From a bacterium (lineage in GTDB: Bacteria; J088; JAWLBW01): a stretch of 64,000 nt of DNA. How positions within the stretch are numbered: position 1 is the stretch's first letter; each line of letters starts with the position of its first letter. Made by a program: the position numbers and the translations under genes. The notes beneath the pieces were generated by a model. It was given only the letters and a program-made list of their open reading frames with translations, searched no databases and was not told the DNA's origin. Where the stretch lies: NCBI GenBank assembly GCA_041690355.1, contig JAWLHK010000004.1, positions 1 through 64,000 on the forward strand, in the 5' to 3' direction. Positions 1 to 9,432 of the stretch are shown piece by piece.

Positions 1-262
1 TAAGTATGGCCGGATAAAGTTCAGCTGGACGTTCTTGCTGTACGCCCAGCAGTCGAGCGCGCGAGAGACAAGTTCCTGCCCATTGTCCGCCATGATGGAG
101 CCTGGTGCGCCCCGCAGTTCAGGGAGGCCGGCAAGCGCTTTGGCCACGCGCTCTCCGCTCAAGCTTAGGCCCGCCGAGCCACAGGCACTCGCGCGTAAAG
201 TCGTCCACGACCGTGAGGACGCGGTAGAGCCGCCCGCTGGCAAGGCGATCGGCCACGAAGTG
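1..262 (-). mobile_element. IS3-family transposase (integrase core) remnant, frameshifted, runs off the window edge
   Basis: Minus strand reads FVADRLASGRLYRVLTVVDDFTRECL, then after a frameshift SLSGERVAKAL...RGAPGSIMADNGQELVSRALDCWAYSKNVQLNFIRP, typical IS3 OrfB DDE-region motifs. Confidence 0.85.
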
Positions 263-336
263 CGCGCCGAGCAGCTGCTTCAAGCGTTCTTTGCGTCCGT
301 CGACGAGGTGCGCGTGAAAAGAAAGAAGAAATGACA

Positions 337-416
337 TGAAACGAACCGCCAAAGTCGGCATCATGCCCGAAGCCGATTTCCGCAATCGGATATTTGGCCG
401 CCGCTCGCGGCGAAGG
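337..416 (+). pseudogene. N-terminal fragment of a small HTH regulator/antitoxin
   Basis: MKRTAKVGIMPEADFRNRI, then with one extra T, LAAARGE; resembles the MKTLKVGI...AIARGE start of a known small regulator family; truncated. Confidence 0.4.
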
Positions 417-961
417 ATGAACTCTCCGCATTAAAGGCCAAGGTGACCTTTCGAGCGTCCAGGCGACTGTCGACAACCTCGGCGTTCGCCTTACGGAAGC
501 TGAGTCTACCGTTGCCGCTCATGGGGTTCAACTTTTAACCATCGCGCCTTTATGGCTTTATGGCGCGAACAAGATCAAGAAGTTTAAGCTTGCGCACGTT
601 GGTACATACGACATCAGAGCCTTAACCGCAGCCGGTGCCGCTTTTGCAGGATTCGGCCTCATGGCCATCCTGGGGCGCTTACACAAAAACGGTCAAACAT
701 TCGACGCTACGGTTCGCCAGGCTGCCTTCAGCCCCTCTGCAAGCTCATTTCCCGTCTTTCAACAGGTCAAAGAGTTCCTTCGATGGCTGGCTGAAAAGTT
801 CGATTAACGTGCTATTGCCGGAGCCATCTCCAGCCACTTCGTAAGTATGCGAAGTGGCTGTTCTTTTTTCTGCGCAGTGATCGACAGCCCTGATAGGGCT
901 CGAACAAAGAAACAGTCCAGACGAAATGGTCGCTACGTGCGGACGCCCCCAACTTGGTAAA

Positions 962-2287
962 ATGCCGGGGAGTCGATACGAAAGAAGCGCGTTCATGGCA
1001 TTGAGCCTATTTCCCCGTTTCCCCGCCGAGTTGGAAGAAGAGTTCGGCCTGTACCTTGCGCGAAGATCGATCCGGTTTTTCCGGGTCGCTTTGCTCCTTG
1101 GATTCGGGGTGATCATCTCGAGCCTCTTCGTTTTTCGCTCGATGTCGCAGCTGCCCGACTGGGTGATTCCCGGCGGCATCGGAACGGGCTCCATCTTTTT
1201 GGCCGTGTTTGCCCTCACGTTTCGCGGGTTTTTCCTGCGGCGTTATCAAGGGTTGCTCCGGATCTACTGGGTTTACTGGGAAGTTCTCTTGCTCACTGCC
1301 CTGTCGCTACAGCCTTTCGACGGAGGCATCAACTCGTTGCTGATCATCGCAGGCGCCTCTACCTTGGGCGTCATCAGTATCATCGCGGGCGGCGCCTTTC
1401 TCGGGATCGACGCCAAGGTGTTCGTTCCTCTGGTCGCGCTGTACCTGATTGGGCAGTCCTACGTAACGTGGCACATCGGGTATCCCCGGGAATACTACGC
1501 GCCGCACGTGGTGATCCACTTCGCCGGATGCCTCATCGGCGTCGCGGTTTGTTACCTTTTCGAACGCAGCCATCGCGAGGTTTTTCTCAATGAGCGAAAC
1601 CTCGTGGCCGAGCGGGAAAAAGCCGAGGGCCTGCGCAAACGCTCCGACAGCTTGCTCCTCAATATCTTGCCGCCCGTCGTGGCCGAGCGGCTCAAAGATA
1701 CGCCGGGCGTCATCGCGGACAGCCACAAAGAAGTCACGATTCTCTTCGCCGATATTTGTGGCTTTACAGAGATGAGCGCTGCGATCACCCCGACACGCCT
1801 CGTGGGCATTCTCGACGTCATCTTTTCCGCTTTCGATGCGCTCGCAGAAAAACACGGCGTCGAAAAAATCAAGACGATCGGCGACGCCTACATGCTGGCG
1901 GCCGGCATGCCGATCTACCGGCCGGATCACGGCGAAGCCGTCGCCGAGATCGCCCTCGAGATGCTCGAAGAAACGAAGAAGCTTTCCGGGCAGCTCGGGA
2001 TCGACCTACGGCTGCGCATCGGGATTAACTCAGGACCCGTCGTCGCCGGCGTCATCGGCACCAAGAAGTACATCTACGATCTTTGGGGTGATGCGGTCAA
2101 CACGGCGAGCCGCATGGAGAGCCATGGGGTGCCCGGCGGTATTCACGTGACCGAGGCGACCTACGAAATCCTCAAAGACAAGTACGCCTTCGAGGAGCGC
2201 GGCGTCATCGACGTGAAGGGCAAGGGGCCGATGAAGACGTGGCTGCTCAAGGCGCGGGTTATTGTCGGAGAACCGGCATTAAATTGA
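962..2287 (+). CDS. Membrane-anchored class III adenylate/guanylate cyclase (start could be 926, 962 or 995)
   Basis: About six hydrophobic helices, LLLNILP helical linker, ILFADICGFT, EKIKTIGDAYM, YDLWGDAVNTASRMES. Confidence 0.93.
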   Translation: MPGSRYERSAFMALSLFPRFPAELEEEFGLYLARRSIRFFRVALLLGFGVIISSLFVFRSMSQLPDWVIPGGIGTGSIFLAVFALTFRGFFLRRYQGLLRIYWVYWEVLLLTALSLQPFDGGINSLLIIAGASTLGVISIIAGGAFLGIDAKVFVPLVALYLIGQSYVTWHIGYPREYYAPHVVIHFAGCLIGVAVCYLFERSHREVFLNERNLVAEREKAEGLRKRSDSLLLNILPPVVAERLKDTPGVIADSHKEVTILFADICGFTEMSAAITPTRLVGILDVIFSAFDALAEKHGVEKIKTIGDAYMLAAGMPIYRPDHGEAVAEIALEMLEETKKLSGQLGIDLRLRIGINSGPVVAGVIGTKKYIYDLWGDAVNTASRMESHGVPGGIHVTEATYEILKDKYAFEERGVIDVKGKGPMKTWLLKARVIVGEPALN

Positions 2288-2633
2288 AGACGTAATCTGC
2301 GCAGTCATCGAGACGTTGCTGCTCCATAGTGGAAATCCTTCGGGGGGGCTGTTCGCTCCCCGAGAAGGCCTGCCAACCTCGCAATAAGCTCCTTCCCATC
2401 GTCTAAAAGGTCAAACAATTCTTTGGACGGTTGGCAGAAAAGTTCGATAATGTCCTACTGCCGGAGCCAGTTAAGGGGCATAGGGACTTACGGGGTTTTC
2501 CTTTGGGCGCGACACGAGTTCGGCGACAATCGCCTTCATTCTCGGCAGCCTGCCCAACAACTCACATTCTTCCTCTGTGCCGGCAAGGAAGAAAGGTTCG
2601 AGTAATGAGTTTTTGGGGGAGGCGGTAGACCTC

Positions 2634-2662
2634 CAGAATCTCGAATCAAGAATTCAGAATCC
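2634..2662. repeat. Degenerate 7-bp tandem repeat (nnGAATY)
   Basis: cagaatc tcgaatc aagaatt cagaatc. Confidence 0.55.
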
Positions 2663-2719
2663 GCCCCCGCGCGTGGTATCCTCTTTGGGATCTGCGAATT
2701 CTGACGGAGGAGAACGCTC

Positions 2720-3646
2720 ATGGTGTTAAAGGGAAAAACCGTCGCGGTGACCGGCGCGTCCGGCATGCTCGGAGTCTACATCTGCCGCGCCCTGCTTCGC
2801 CACGGCGCCACCGTGCGCGGCGTCGTGCGCAATCCCGAGAAGGCTGCCTTTCTGCAGGACGAAGGAGTCACCTTCGCCAAGGCCGACCTCGCCGACTATG
2901 ACGCCCTGCGCGCCGCCTTCGAAGGGGTCGACGCCGTCGTTTCGAACGCCGCGCTCTACGCCATGTCGACCCTCTATCCCTTCAAGGACGCGAAGTGGGA
3001 AGAACACTCCCGCTCGAACCGCGAGGGGACCGAGAACGTCTACAACGCCGCTGCGGCCGCCGGGGTGAAGCGCGTCGTCCAGATCAGCACCTTTGGCGTC
3101 TACCGCCTCGTTCCCGGCCGCCTGATGCGCGAAGATTCCCCCGTGCTCCAAGGGGAAAAACGGCAAGGGGGCGCGTACCGATCCACCAAGCAGCTGAGCG
3201 AGCAGATCGCCCAGGAGCTGTCCGAAAAACACGGTATCGGCCTCACGATTCTGCGCCCGACCGGCATCTACGGCGCGCGCGATCCGAACCTGCGCCCGCT
3301 CATGAACACGCTGCTCAAGTGGCCGCTGCTGCCGGCCCCCGCCTTCACCTTTCCCTTCGTCTACGCGGGCGACGTGGCCGAAGCGGTCGCCGGCGCGCTC
3401 GAGAACGACGCGAGCATCGGGCAGACGTACAACACCGGCGGCGACCCGCAGAAGTTCACGCAGTTCTTCCGCGCCATGAAGCAGGCCCTCGGCGGCAAGG
3501 GCGCGGTCGTCATGACCATCCCCTTCCCGCTCTCCTTCCGCGTCGACAATCAAAGGGCGGAACAGGACCTGGGCTTCCGCAACCGCCCCTTCGAAGAAGC
3601 CTGGGCCGAAATCGCGCGCGAAGAGGGGATCGAGACGGCGGCGTAG
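2720..3646 (+). CDS. NAD-dependent epimerase/dehydratase (extended SDR)
   Basis: TGASGMLG Rossmann motif, YRSTK catalytic motif, GGAGGAG RBS. Confidence 0.9.
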   Translation: MVLKGKTVAVTGASGMLGVYICRALLRHGATVRGVVRNPEKAAFLQDEGVTFAKADLADYDALRAAFEGVDAVVSNAALYAMSTLYPFKDAKWEEHSRSNREGTENVYNAAAAAGVKRVVQISTFGVYRLVPGRLMREDSPVLQGEKRQGGAYRSTKQLSEQIAQELSEKHGIGLTILRPTGIYGARDPNLRPLMNTLLKWPLLPAPAFTFPFVYAGDVAEAVAGALENDASIGQTYNTGGDPQKFTQFFRAMKQALGGKGAVVMTIPFPLSFRVDNQRAEQDLGFRNRPFEEAWAEIAREEGIETAA

Positions 3647-3668
3647 ACAGCATCCCCGCCACAGCGGC

Positions 3669-3698
3669 TTGACGTTCCGATCCGGCCGCCGCTAGACT
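3669..3698 (+). promoter_or_regulatory. Sigma70-like promoter, probably giving a leaderless transcript
   Basis: TTGACG-18-TAGACT ending 8 nt before ATG 3707. Confidence 0.55.
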
Positions 3699-3706
3699 GA
3701 TCGCAC

Positions 3707-3979
3707 ATGAAACGGCTGCTGCCCATCGGTCTTCTGCTCGTCTTCGTGTGCGCGCTGCTGCTCGGCGCGGCGCACGATCACGCGGCCGGCGCGCCGAACG
3801 AGGCGTGCAAGATCTGCCAGGTCACGCCGCAGCAGGCCGACCTCCCGCCGCCGGTTCCGACCGTGCCGGCGGCAACCCTTGCGGTTCCGAGCGACTTCGC
3901 CGTTCTCTCCGCGCATTCCCCCAGCGGCCGCCATCTCTACCTGAGCGTGCCCAAGACCTCGCCTCCGCATTCGGCCTGA
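3707..3979 (+). CDS. DUF2946/CruR/CutF-like metal-binding leader protein
   Basis: Hydrophobic N-terminus, HDH, CKIC, Pro-rich region, C-terminal TSPP; directly upstream of a metal-uptake outer-membrane gene. Confidence 0.65.
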   Translation: MKRLLPIGLLLVFVCALLLGAAHDHAAGAPNEACKICQVTPQQADLPPPVPTVPAATLAVPSDFAVLSAHSPSGRHLYLSVPKTSPPHSA

Positions 3980-4074
3980 AGGGTTCGATGCGACGGTACC
4001 GTTCTGCGCGTACCGAGGATGTTCTGCGGATGGAAGGCGCCGGCGATACGGTTGGACGCCTCGAGAGGTAAGAC

Positions 4075-5310
4075 ATGATTCTGTTGTTGACCGCGCTTGC
4101 GGCCGCCCAGGCCACGGTCCCCCTAACCGACTATGCGGAAGCAGTGACGCCGCCCCCCCGCGCCGTCACCGCGCCGGCCGCCGTTGCCCCTGTCGATGAA
4201 GAGCTCCTGCGCGCGCTGGAGGCGGATGCGCCGCGCGCGCCCGAAGGCGGAGAGGGGGCCGCAGCTGCAGGCAGCCCGGCCTCGGCCTTGAATCCGGACA
4301 TTGCCTTCATCGCCGACTTCGCGCTGGCCGCGTTCAGCGAACACGACCCCCTGCCTACGGGCGCCCACGCGCCGCAGGAAAACGGTTTCAACTTCCAGCA
4401 GCTCGAGATGGCCATCGGCAGCTCGGTGGACCCGTATTTCCGCTTCGACAGCTCCCTGCTCTTCAACCCCTTCGGCGTCGAGATCGAAGAGGCCTATGCG
4501 ACGACGCTCGCCCTGCCGTGGAGTCTGCAACTGCGCGCCGGCCAATTCCTGACGCGCTTCGGCCGCTTCAATCCGACCCATCCGCATACCTGGTCGTTCG
4601 TCGACCAGCCGCTCGTGCTCGCGAAGTTCTTCGGCGACGAAGCGAACCGGGGGCTGGGGGCCGAGCTGTCCTATCTTTTTCCCCTCCCCTGGTACGTCGA
4701 GCTGCTCGCCTCATCGACGGATGCCCGGGGCGACGCGACCGCGCGGAGCTTTCTGGGGGACGCGGAATGGGAAATCGGGGGACCGGCCGATCTGCAGACG
4801 ACGCTCGCGCTGAAGCAGTTTTTTCCCTTTGGAGACGACTGGTCGCTTTCATGGGGGCTCTCGAGCGCCTTCGGGCCGAATGCGACCGGACGCGGAAACC
4901 GGACCGACATCTACGGCACCGACGTGTATCTGAAGTGGCGCCCCATCTCGACCGCAGAGGGCGACGCCTTCGTCGCGCTGCAGGGCGAGCTGCTGCACCG
5001 CCGCCGTCAGCTTCCCGGCGACCTGCTGTCCGATACCGGCGGATACGGCCAGTTTCTCTGGCACTTCAGCCGCCGCTGGGAAACCGGCGTGCGCGGCGAG
5101 TGGACGCAAGGTGAAGCCGGCGACCCGCTCGATCCGGAGTGGACCTCGGCGCGCAAGCGCTACGCCGCACAGCTGACGTTCTTCCCCACCGAGTTCTCGC
5201 GCGTCCGCATGCAGGCGAACTACGACATGCCCGGCTGGCGCGAAGCCTACTGGGGCGCCTTTCTCAACTTCGAAGTCTCCATCGGCGCTCACGGCGCGCA
5301 CACCTTCTGA
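4075..5310 (+). CDS. Zinc-regulated outer-membrane porin/receptor family protein
   Basis: NPDIAFIAD, LEMAIGSSVDPYFRFD, NPTHPHTW, C-terminal IGAHGAHTF. Confidence 0.82.
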   Translation: MILLLTALAAAQATVPLTDYAEAVTPPPRAVTAPAAVAPVDEELLRALEADAPRAPEGGEGAAAAGSPASALNPDIAFIADFALAAFSEHDPLPTGAHAPQENGFNFQQLEMAIGSSVDPYFRFDSSLLFNPFGVEIEEAYATTLALPWSLQLRAGQFLTRFGRFNPTHPHTWSFVDQPLVLAKFFGDEANRGLGAELSYLFPLPWYVELLASSTDARGDATARSFLGDAEWEIGGPADLQTTLALKQFFPFGDDWSLSWGLSSAFGPNATGRGNRTDIYGTDVYLKWRPISTAEGDAFVALQGELLHRRRQLPGDLLSDTGGYGQFLWHFSRRWETGVRGEWTQGEAGDPLDPEWTSARKRYAAQLTFFPTEFSRVRMQANYDMPGWREAYWGAFLNFEVSIGAHGAHTF

Positions 5311-5320
5311 GGAGGATGCC

Positions 5321-6100
5321 ATGCCACGGATTTTCCGCATGACACGTTCCCTGCTCGCCGCGGCCCCGCTCGTCCTGGCAACGTCCCTGTCGGGGTGCGC
5401 CGATGAACCGGGAGCCGGCTGGGGGGCCCTTACGGGAACGTTCACAGCCGAGCTCGAGCAGCCGGCCGATCGCTTCGCGCAGGACGGCCGCTGGAGAACC
5501 GCCGACGGCTACGGGCTGCAGATTTCGACGGCCACGCTTCACGGCGTGCGCATCGAGTTCCTGACGGACGCAGACGCCATCGAAGAGGAGGATGCCGGTG
5601 ACGGCCATGCGCACGCCCCCGGCGCGTGGGCGATCTCGAGCGAGGCCGATGAGGACGACCATGCGGAGCTCGCGCCCGAGGCCGGAGACGGGATCCTCCT
5701 GGCGCTCGACTTCGAGGAACCCGTATCGCTGCTCGCCGCGGAAGCACTGGCTTTCAATCCGGAGCATTGTACGAACGCGTGCCGGGTCGACGCGCAGGCT
5801 TCCGTGACGGCGGTGCGCATCGAAATCGAGCGGTTCGAAGCCGCGGGCGCCGTGCGCGATCTGACCGACGCCGCCCGCATTGCCGGTACCGTCCCGTGGA
5901 CGCTGGAGCTCGATGAACCGACGGTCATCACCGTGCCGATTCCCTTGGACTTCGGTCCGGAATCGCCGGCCCTGCAGACCGTGCTCCTGTCCCTGCACGT
6001 GCCCGAGACCCTGTGGGATGACGTGGACTGGGCTGCTCCGGATGCCGAGGACCTGCATGAGGAACTCGGCGCGAGCGAACTGACGGCCGAGGTCCGGTAG
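5321..6100 (+). CDS. Acidic lipoprotein with a His cluster, probably metal-uptake associated
   Basis: LSGC lipobox, GHAHA and DDH, GAGGAGG RBS 10 nt after the porin stop. Confidence 0.65.
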   Translation: MPRIFRMTRSLLAAAPLVLATSLSGCADEPGAGWGALTGTFTAELEQPADRFAQDGRWRTADGYGLQISTATLHGVRIEFLTDADAIEEEDAGDGHAHAPGAWAISSEADEDDHAELAPEAGDGILLALDFEEPVSLLAAEALAFNPEHCTNACRVDAQASVTAVRIEIERFEAAGAVRDLTDAARIAGTVPWTLELDEPTVITVPIPLDFGPESPALQTVLLSLHVPETLWDDVDWAAPDAEDLHEELGASELTAEVR

Positions 6101-6109
6101 GCGCGGACG

Positions 6110-6916
6110 TTACCTGATTCCTGATTCCTGATTCTTGATTCCTGAGCGTCCGAGCGCCAGGTATTTGCGGCGCACGTACCCGGCGTTCATCCATTCGAGG
6201 ATGAACCCGGGCCGGCCGTCGAGAAAGCCGCCGCGCAGCACGTAGTTCTTGAAGAAGTGGAAGGCCGGGCGCAGCGTCGTGTCCCACCAGTGCGCGCGCT
6301 TTCCCTGGCGGCGCTTTTCTTCGGCCGACAGTTCCGCGTAGCGCGCGAGCTTGGCGGCATACTGAGGAAGCGTCATTTCGTGATCGTGGAGGAAGCCCGC
6401 GCGCAGACGGCTGACCTGCCGGTTCCCCAGCTCGAACGATTCGTGGACGCGCATGTCGCGGTAGCGCAGGTCGTTGCGGAACAGGCGGATGATGCGCTCG
6501 TTGCCGAGAAGGCCGTGGCGCAGCTCGCGCCCGAGAAACAGGTTGCGCCGCGGAATGGCGTAGGCGTCGAAGGCGGGTCCCCCCGGCCGGCGGAATTCCG
6601 ACTGGATCTCTTCGGCCAGCTCCGGGGTGAGCCACTCGTCGCCGTCGAGCAGGAGCACCCAGGGCTGCGCGGCCGAGGCGATGGCGAAGTTCTTCTGCGC
6701 GGCGAAACCGGGCCAGTCCCGCTCGATCACGCGCGCCCCGGCGGCGGCGGCGGCCTCGCGCGTGCCGTCGGTGCTGTGGGAATCGATGACGAGCACCTCG
6801 GCGCACACCATGAGCAGCGAGCGCACGCAGCGGGCGATGCGCGGCGCTTCATTGAAGGTCACGACGACCCCCGTCAGGGGCAGCGGATGTGCGGCGGTCG
6901 AAACAGGGGGCTGCAT
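6110..6916 (-). CDS. Glycosyltransferase family 2 (LPS core, KdtX/WaaE-like)
   Basis: [41 protein letters not shown]. Confidence 0.9.
   Translation of the reverse strand: MQPPVSTAAHPLPLTGVVVTFNEAPRIARCVRSLLMVCAEVLVIDSHSTDGTREAAAAAGARVIERDWPGFAAQKNFAIASAAQPWVLLLDGDEWLTPELAEEIQSEFRRPGGPAFDAYAIPRRNLFLGRELRHGLLGNERIIRLFRNDLRYRDMRVHESFELGNRQVSRLRAGFLHDHEMTLPQYAAKLARYAELSAEEKRRQGKRAHWWDTTLRPAFHFFKNYVLRGGFLDGRPGFILEWMNAGYVRRKYLALGRSGIKNQESGIR
6113..6145. repeat. (CCTGATT)x4.7 heptamer tract forming the GT2 C-terminus
   Basis: cctgatt cctgatt cctgatt cttgatt cctga; encodes [11 protein letters not shown]. Confidence 0.85.
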
Positions 6917-6997
6917 GCTATACTGGTTAGTTTACCCGGTTCGCCGCCGCAGCCGCCCGTGCGCGCACGGGGAAATCCGGAACCCAAGGAGTCAACC

Positions 6998-7165
6998 GTG
7001 AGCCTCTCCGCGGAACTGCTCGAAATTCTCGTCTGCCCCAAGTGCAAGGGTCCCCTGACGGCCGGTCCGGCACAGGAGCACCTCGACTGCCCGGCCTGCC
7101 GCCTGCGCTACCCCGTCGTCGACGGCATTCCCGTCATGCTCGTCGACGAGGCCCGGCCGCTCTGA
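6998..7165 (+). CDS. Trm112/YcaR-family small protein
   Basis: [12 protein letters not shown]...[27 protein letters not shown] and GTG start. Confidence 0.9.
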   Translation: MSLSAELLEILVCPKCKGPLTAGPAQEHLDCPACRLRYPVVDGIPVMLVDEARPL

Positions 7166-7218
7166 CATTTCTGCCCAGCCGGAAGCGCGGCCCCCGCGTC
7201 CGCCCGGCCCCCCGCGTC

Positions 7219-8307
7219 ATGAACCCGAAGAAAGTACTCATCATCCGGTTCAGTTCCATCGGCGACATCGTGCTTACGGCGCCGGCCATCGCGCGCTTGC
7301 ATGAAGCCTGGCCCGATGCCGAAATCCATCTGCTCACGAAGAAGGCCTTTCTGCCCCTGTGGCGCGGCGATCGGCGTGTGCGCGCGCGGGCCTTCGATCC
7401 CGAAGGAGCGCACTTCGGCCTGCCGGGCCTCCTGCGCTTTCTGGGAGAACTGGAGGAGGAGGGCTACGACTGGATCATCGATCTGCACGGAACGCCGAAG
7501 AGCCGTGCGCTCGCGGCCGTGCTGGGCGTGCCCATGTCGCGCTATGACAAGGCTTCGCTCGCCCGCCGGCTCTACGTGCGCACCAAGCGATTTCCGGGAG
7601 AGCCGGTGCACGTCGCGCGCCGCTACGTGCGCGCCCTCGCCCCCCTGGGCATCGAGACCGAAGGCCCGCTCGATGCACGCATTCCTGCGGCGGGACGCGA
7701 TCTGCAGAGCGTGAAGAACACGCTGGGGGCCGTGGGTATTCAGGGGCGCAACCTGATTGCCATCGTGCCCGGATCGCAGTGGGCCACCAAGCAGTGGGGC
7801 CTCGACCGCTACACGGAGCTCGTCGATCGACTGAACGCGCGCGGCTTCTGGGTCGGCATCGTCGGCAGCAAGGCCGAGCGCGACGACTGCGAACGGATCG
7901 CCGAAGGGCGCCGCGCGCTCAACTTTGCCGGCCTCTACGATCTGGGCGAAACGCTTGCCCTGCTGCACCACTGCGGGCTCGTCGTCAGCAACGACAGCGG
8001 CCCGATGCACATGGCCTCGGCGGCCGGCTGCGACGTGATCGCCCTCTTCGGCTCGACGACGCCGCCCCTCGGCTTCGCGCCGCTGGCCGCGCGGCATACC
8101 GTACTGCAGGTCGACGAACTCACCTGCCGCCCCTGCTCGCCGCACGGGCGCGCGGCCTGCCCGCAGGGGCACTTGCGCTGCATGCGCGACCTCACCGTCG
8201 ACCGTGTGTGGGCCGAGGTGGAACGCTACCTCGGCCCTCCGCCGCCGCCCGATTCCGCTCCGGCGGAAGACGAAGGGATCTTCCACCTCGGCAGCCTGAG
8301 CGACTGA
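7219..8307 (+). CDS. Glycosyltransferase family 9 (LPS heptosyltransferase, WaaF-like)
   Basis: IIRFSSIGDIVL, PGSQWATKQW, SNDSGPMHMA, CRPC...C. Confidence 0.9.
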   Translation: MNPKKVLIIRFSSIGDIVLTAPAIARLHEAWPDAEIHLLTKKAFLPLWRGDRRVRARAFDPEGAHFGLPGLLRFLGELEEEGYDWIIDLHGTPKSRALAAVLGVPMSRYDKASLARRLYVRTKRFPGEPVHVARRYVRALAPLGIETEGPLDARIPAAGRDLQSVKNTLGAVGIQGRNLIAIVPGSQWATKQWGLDRYTELVDRLNARGFWVGIVGSKAERDDCERIAEGRRALNFAGLYDLGETLALLHHCGLVVSNDSGPMHMASAAGCDVIALFGSTTPPLGFAPLAARHTVLQVDELTCRPCSPHGRAACPQGHLRCMRDLTVDRVWAEVERYLGPPPPPDSAPAEDEGIFHLGSLSD

Positions 8308-9413
8308 TGCGTATCGTGCACCTCGTTCACGTCCGCTTCTGGAACGCCTCGGCGCAGTACGCGATCGATCTGGCGGCGGCGCAGATGCGGGCGGGGCACG
8401 ACGTGACCGTCTACACCGCGGCGGGCGAGCCGGCGGCACGCAAGGCCCGCGAGCTCGGGATTCCCCTCTGGGAGCGCAGCATGGGGGCGCTCGACTGGCT
8501 CGATATCCTGCGCGACATCCGTCGACTGGGCCGGGGCGCCGATGTGCTCAACGCCCACCACAGCGATCTGCAGACGGCGGCGCACATCGCCTTTCCGGGC
8601 GCCGATCGGCCGCTCATCGTGCGCACCCGCGTCGACGTGCGCGAGCCCAAGGGGGGCCTGCTCACGCGCACCCTCTACAACCGCCGGCTCGACCTCGTCG
8701 TCGTGCCCGGCGATGACAGCCGCCTGCGCTACGAGAACGCCCTGGGCATCCGCCCCGAAATACTTCAGGTCGTCTACGGCGGCGTGGATACCGACCGTTT
8801 CCGCCCCGATGCGAACCGCCGCGCCGCCCTGCGCGCCGAGCTCGGCATTCCCGACGACGCCCCCGTCTTTCTCTTCGTCGGCCGCCTGCAGCCGGTCAAG
8901 GCGCCCGAAGTCTACATCGAGGCGGCCGCGCTCATGCGCGCCGTCAACCGCCGCGCCCACTTCATCCTCGCCGGGCGTCCGGTCGACGACCACGGCTGGG
9001 AACATTACCGGTCGCTGGTCGATCACTTCGAGGTGCCCGACTTTCACTTCCTGGGCGAGGTCGACGATATCCCCGGCCTGATGGCCGCCGCCGACATCGG
9101 CGTCATCACCTCGGTCGCCTCCGAGGCGCACTGCCGCGTGGGGCTCGAAATGATGGCGAGCGGCCTCCCCGTCATCGGCGCCGAGACCGGAGTGATTCCC
9201 GAAGTTGTCAAGCATGGTGAAACGGGCTATATTGTACGGTCGCGCGATGCGGCCGAACTGGCCATGGCCATGGAACGCATGGCCTCGGATCTGCCGCTGC
9301 GAAGACAGATGAGCGAGACCGCGCGCCGGACGATGGAGACGGAATTCTCGTTTCCGGCCTGGGTCGAAAACACCCGGCGCGCGTATCGCCGGGCGCGCGC
9401 GATGCGACCGTGA
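8307..9413 (+). CDS. Glycosyltransferase family 4
   Basis: TGATG coupling; GVDTDRF, VGRLQPVK, EAHCRVGLEMMASGLPVI. Confidence 0.88.
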   Translation: MRIVHLVHVRFWNASAQYAIDLAAAQMRAGHDVTVYTAAGEPAARKARELGIPLWERSMGALDWLDILRDIRRLGRGADVLNAHHSDLQTAAHIAFPGADRPLIVRTRVDVREPKGGLLTRTLYNRRLDLVVVPGDDSRLRYENALGIRPEILQVVYGGVDTDRFRPDANRRAALRAELGIPDDAPVFLFVGRLQPVKAPEVYIEAAALMRAVNRRAHFILAGRPVDDHGWEHYRSLVDHFEVPDFHFLGEVDDIPGLMAAADIGVITSVASEAHCRVGLEMMASGLPVIGAETGVIPEVVKHGETGYIVRSRDAAELAMAMERMASDLPLRRQMSETARRTMETEFSFPAWVENTRRAYRRARAMRP

Positions 9414-9432
9414 TTTCAGCAGGCCGGGCTGT

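Noticed and set aside
421-807. Stop-free plus-strand frame of 128 codons
   Set aside because: No start codon until 661, and the conserved translation with the 2.4-kb copy is on the minus strand
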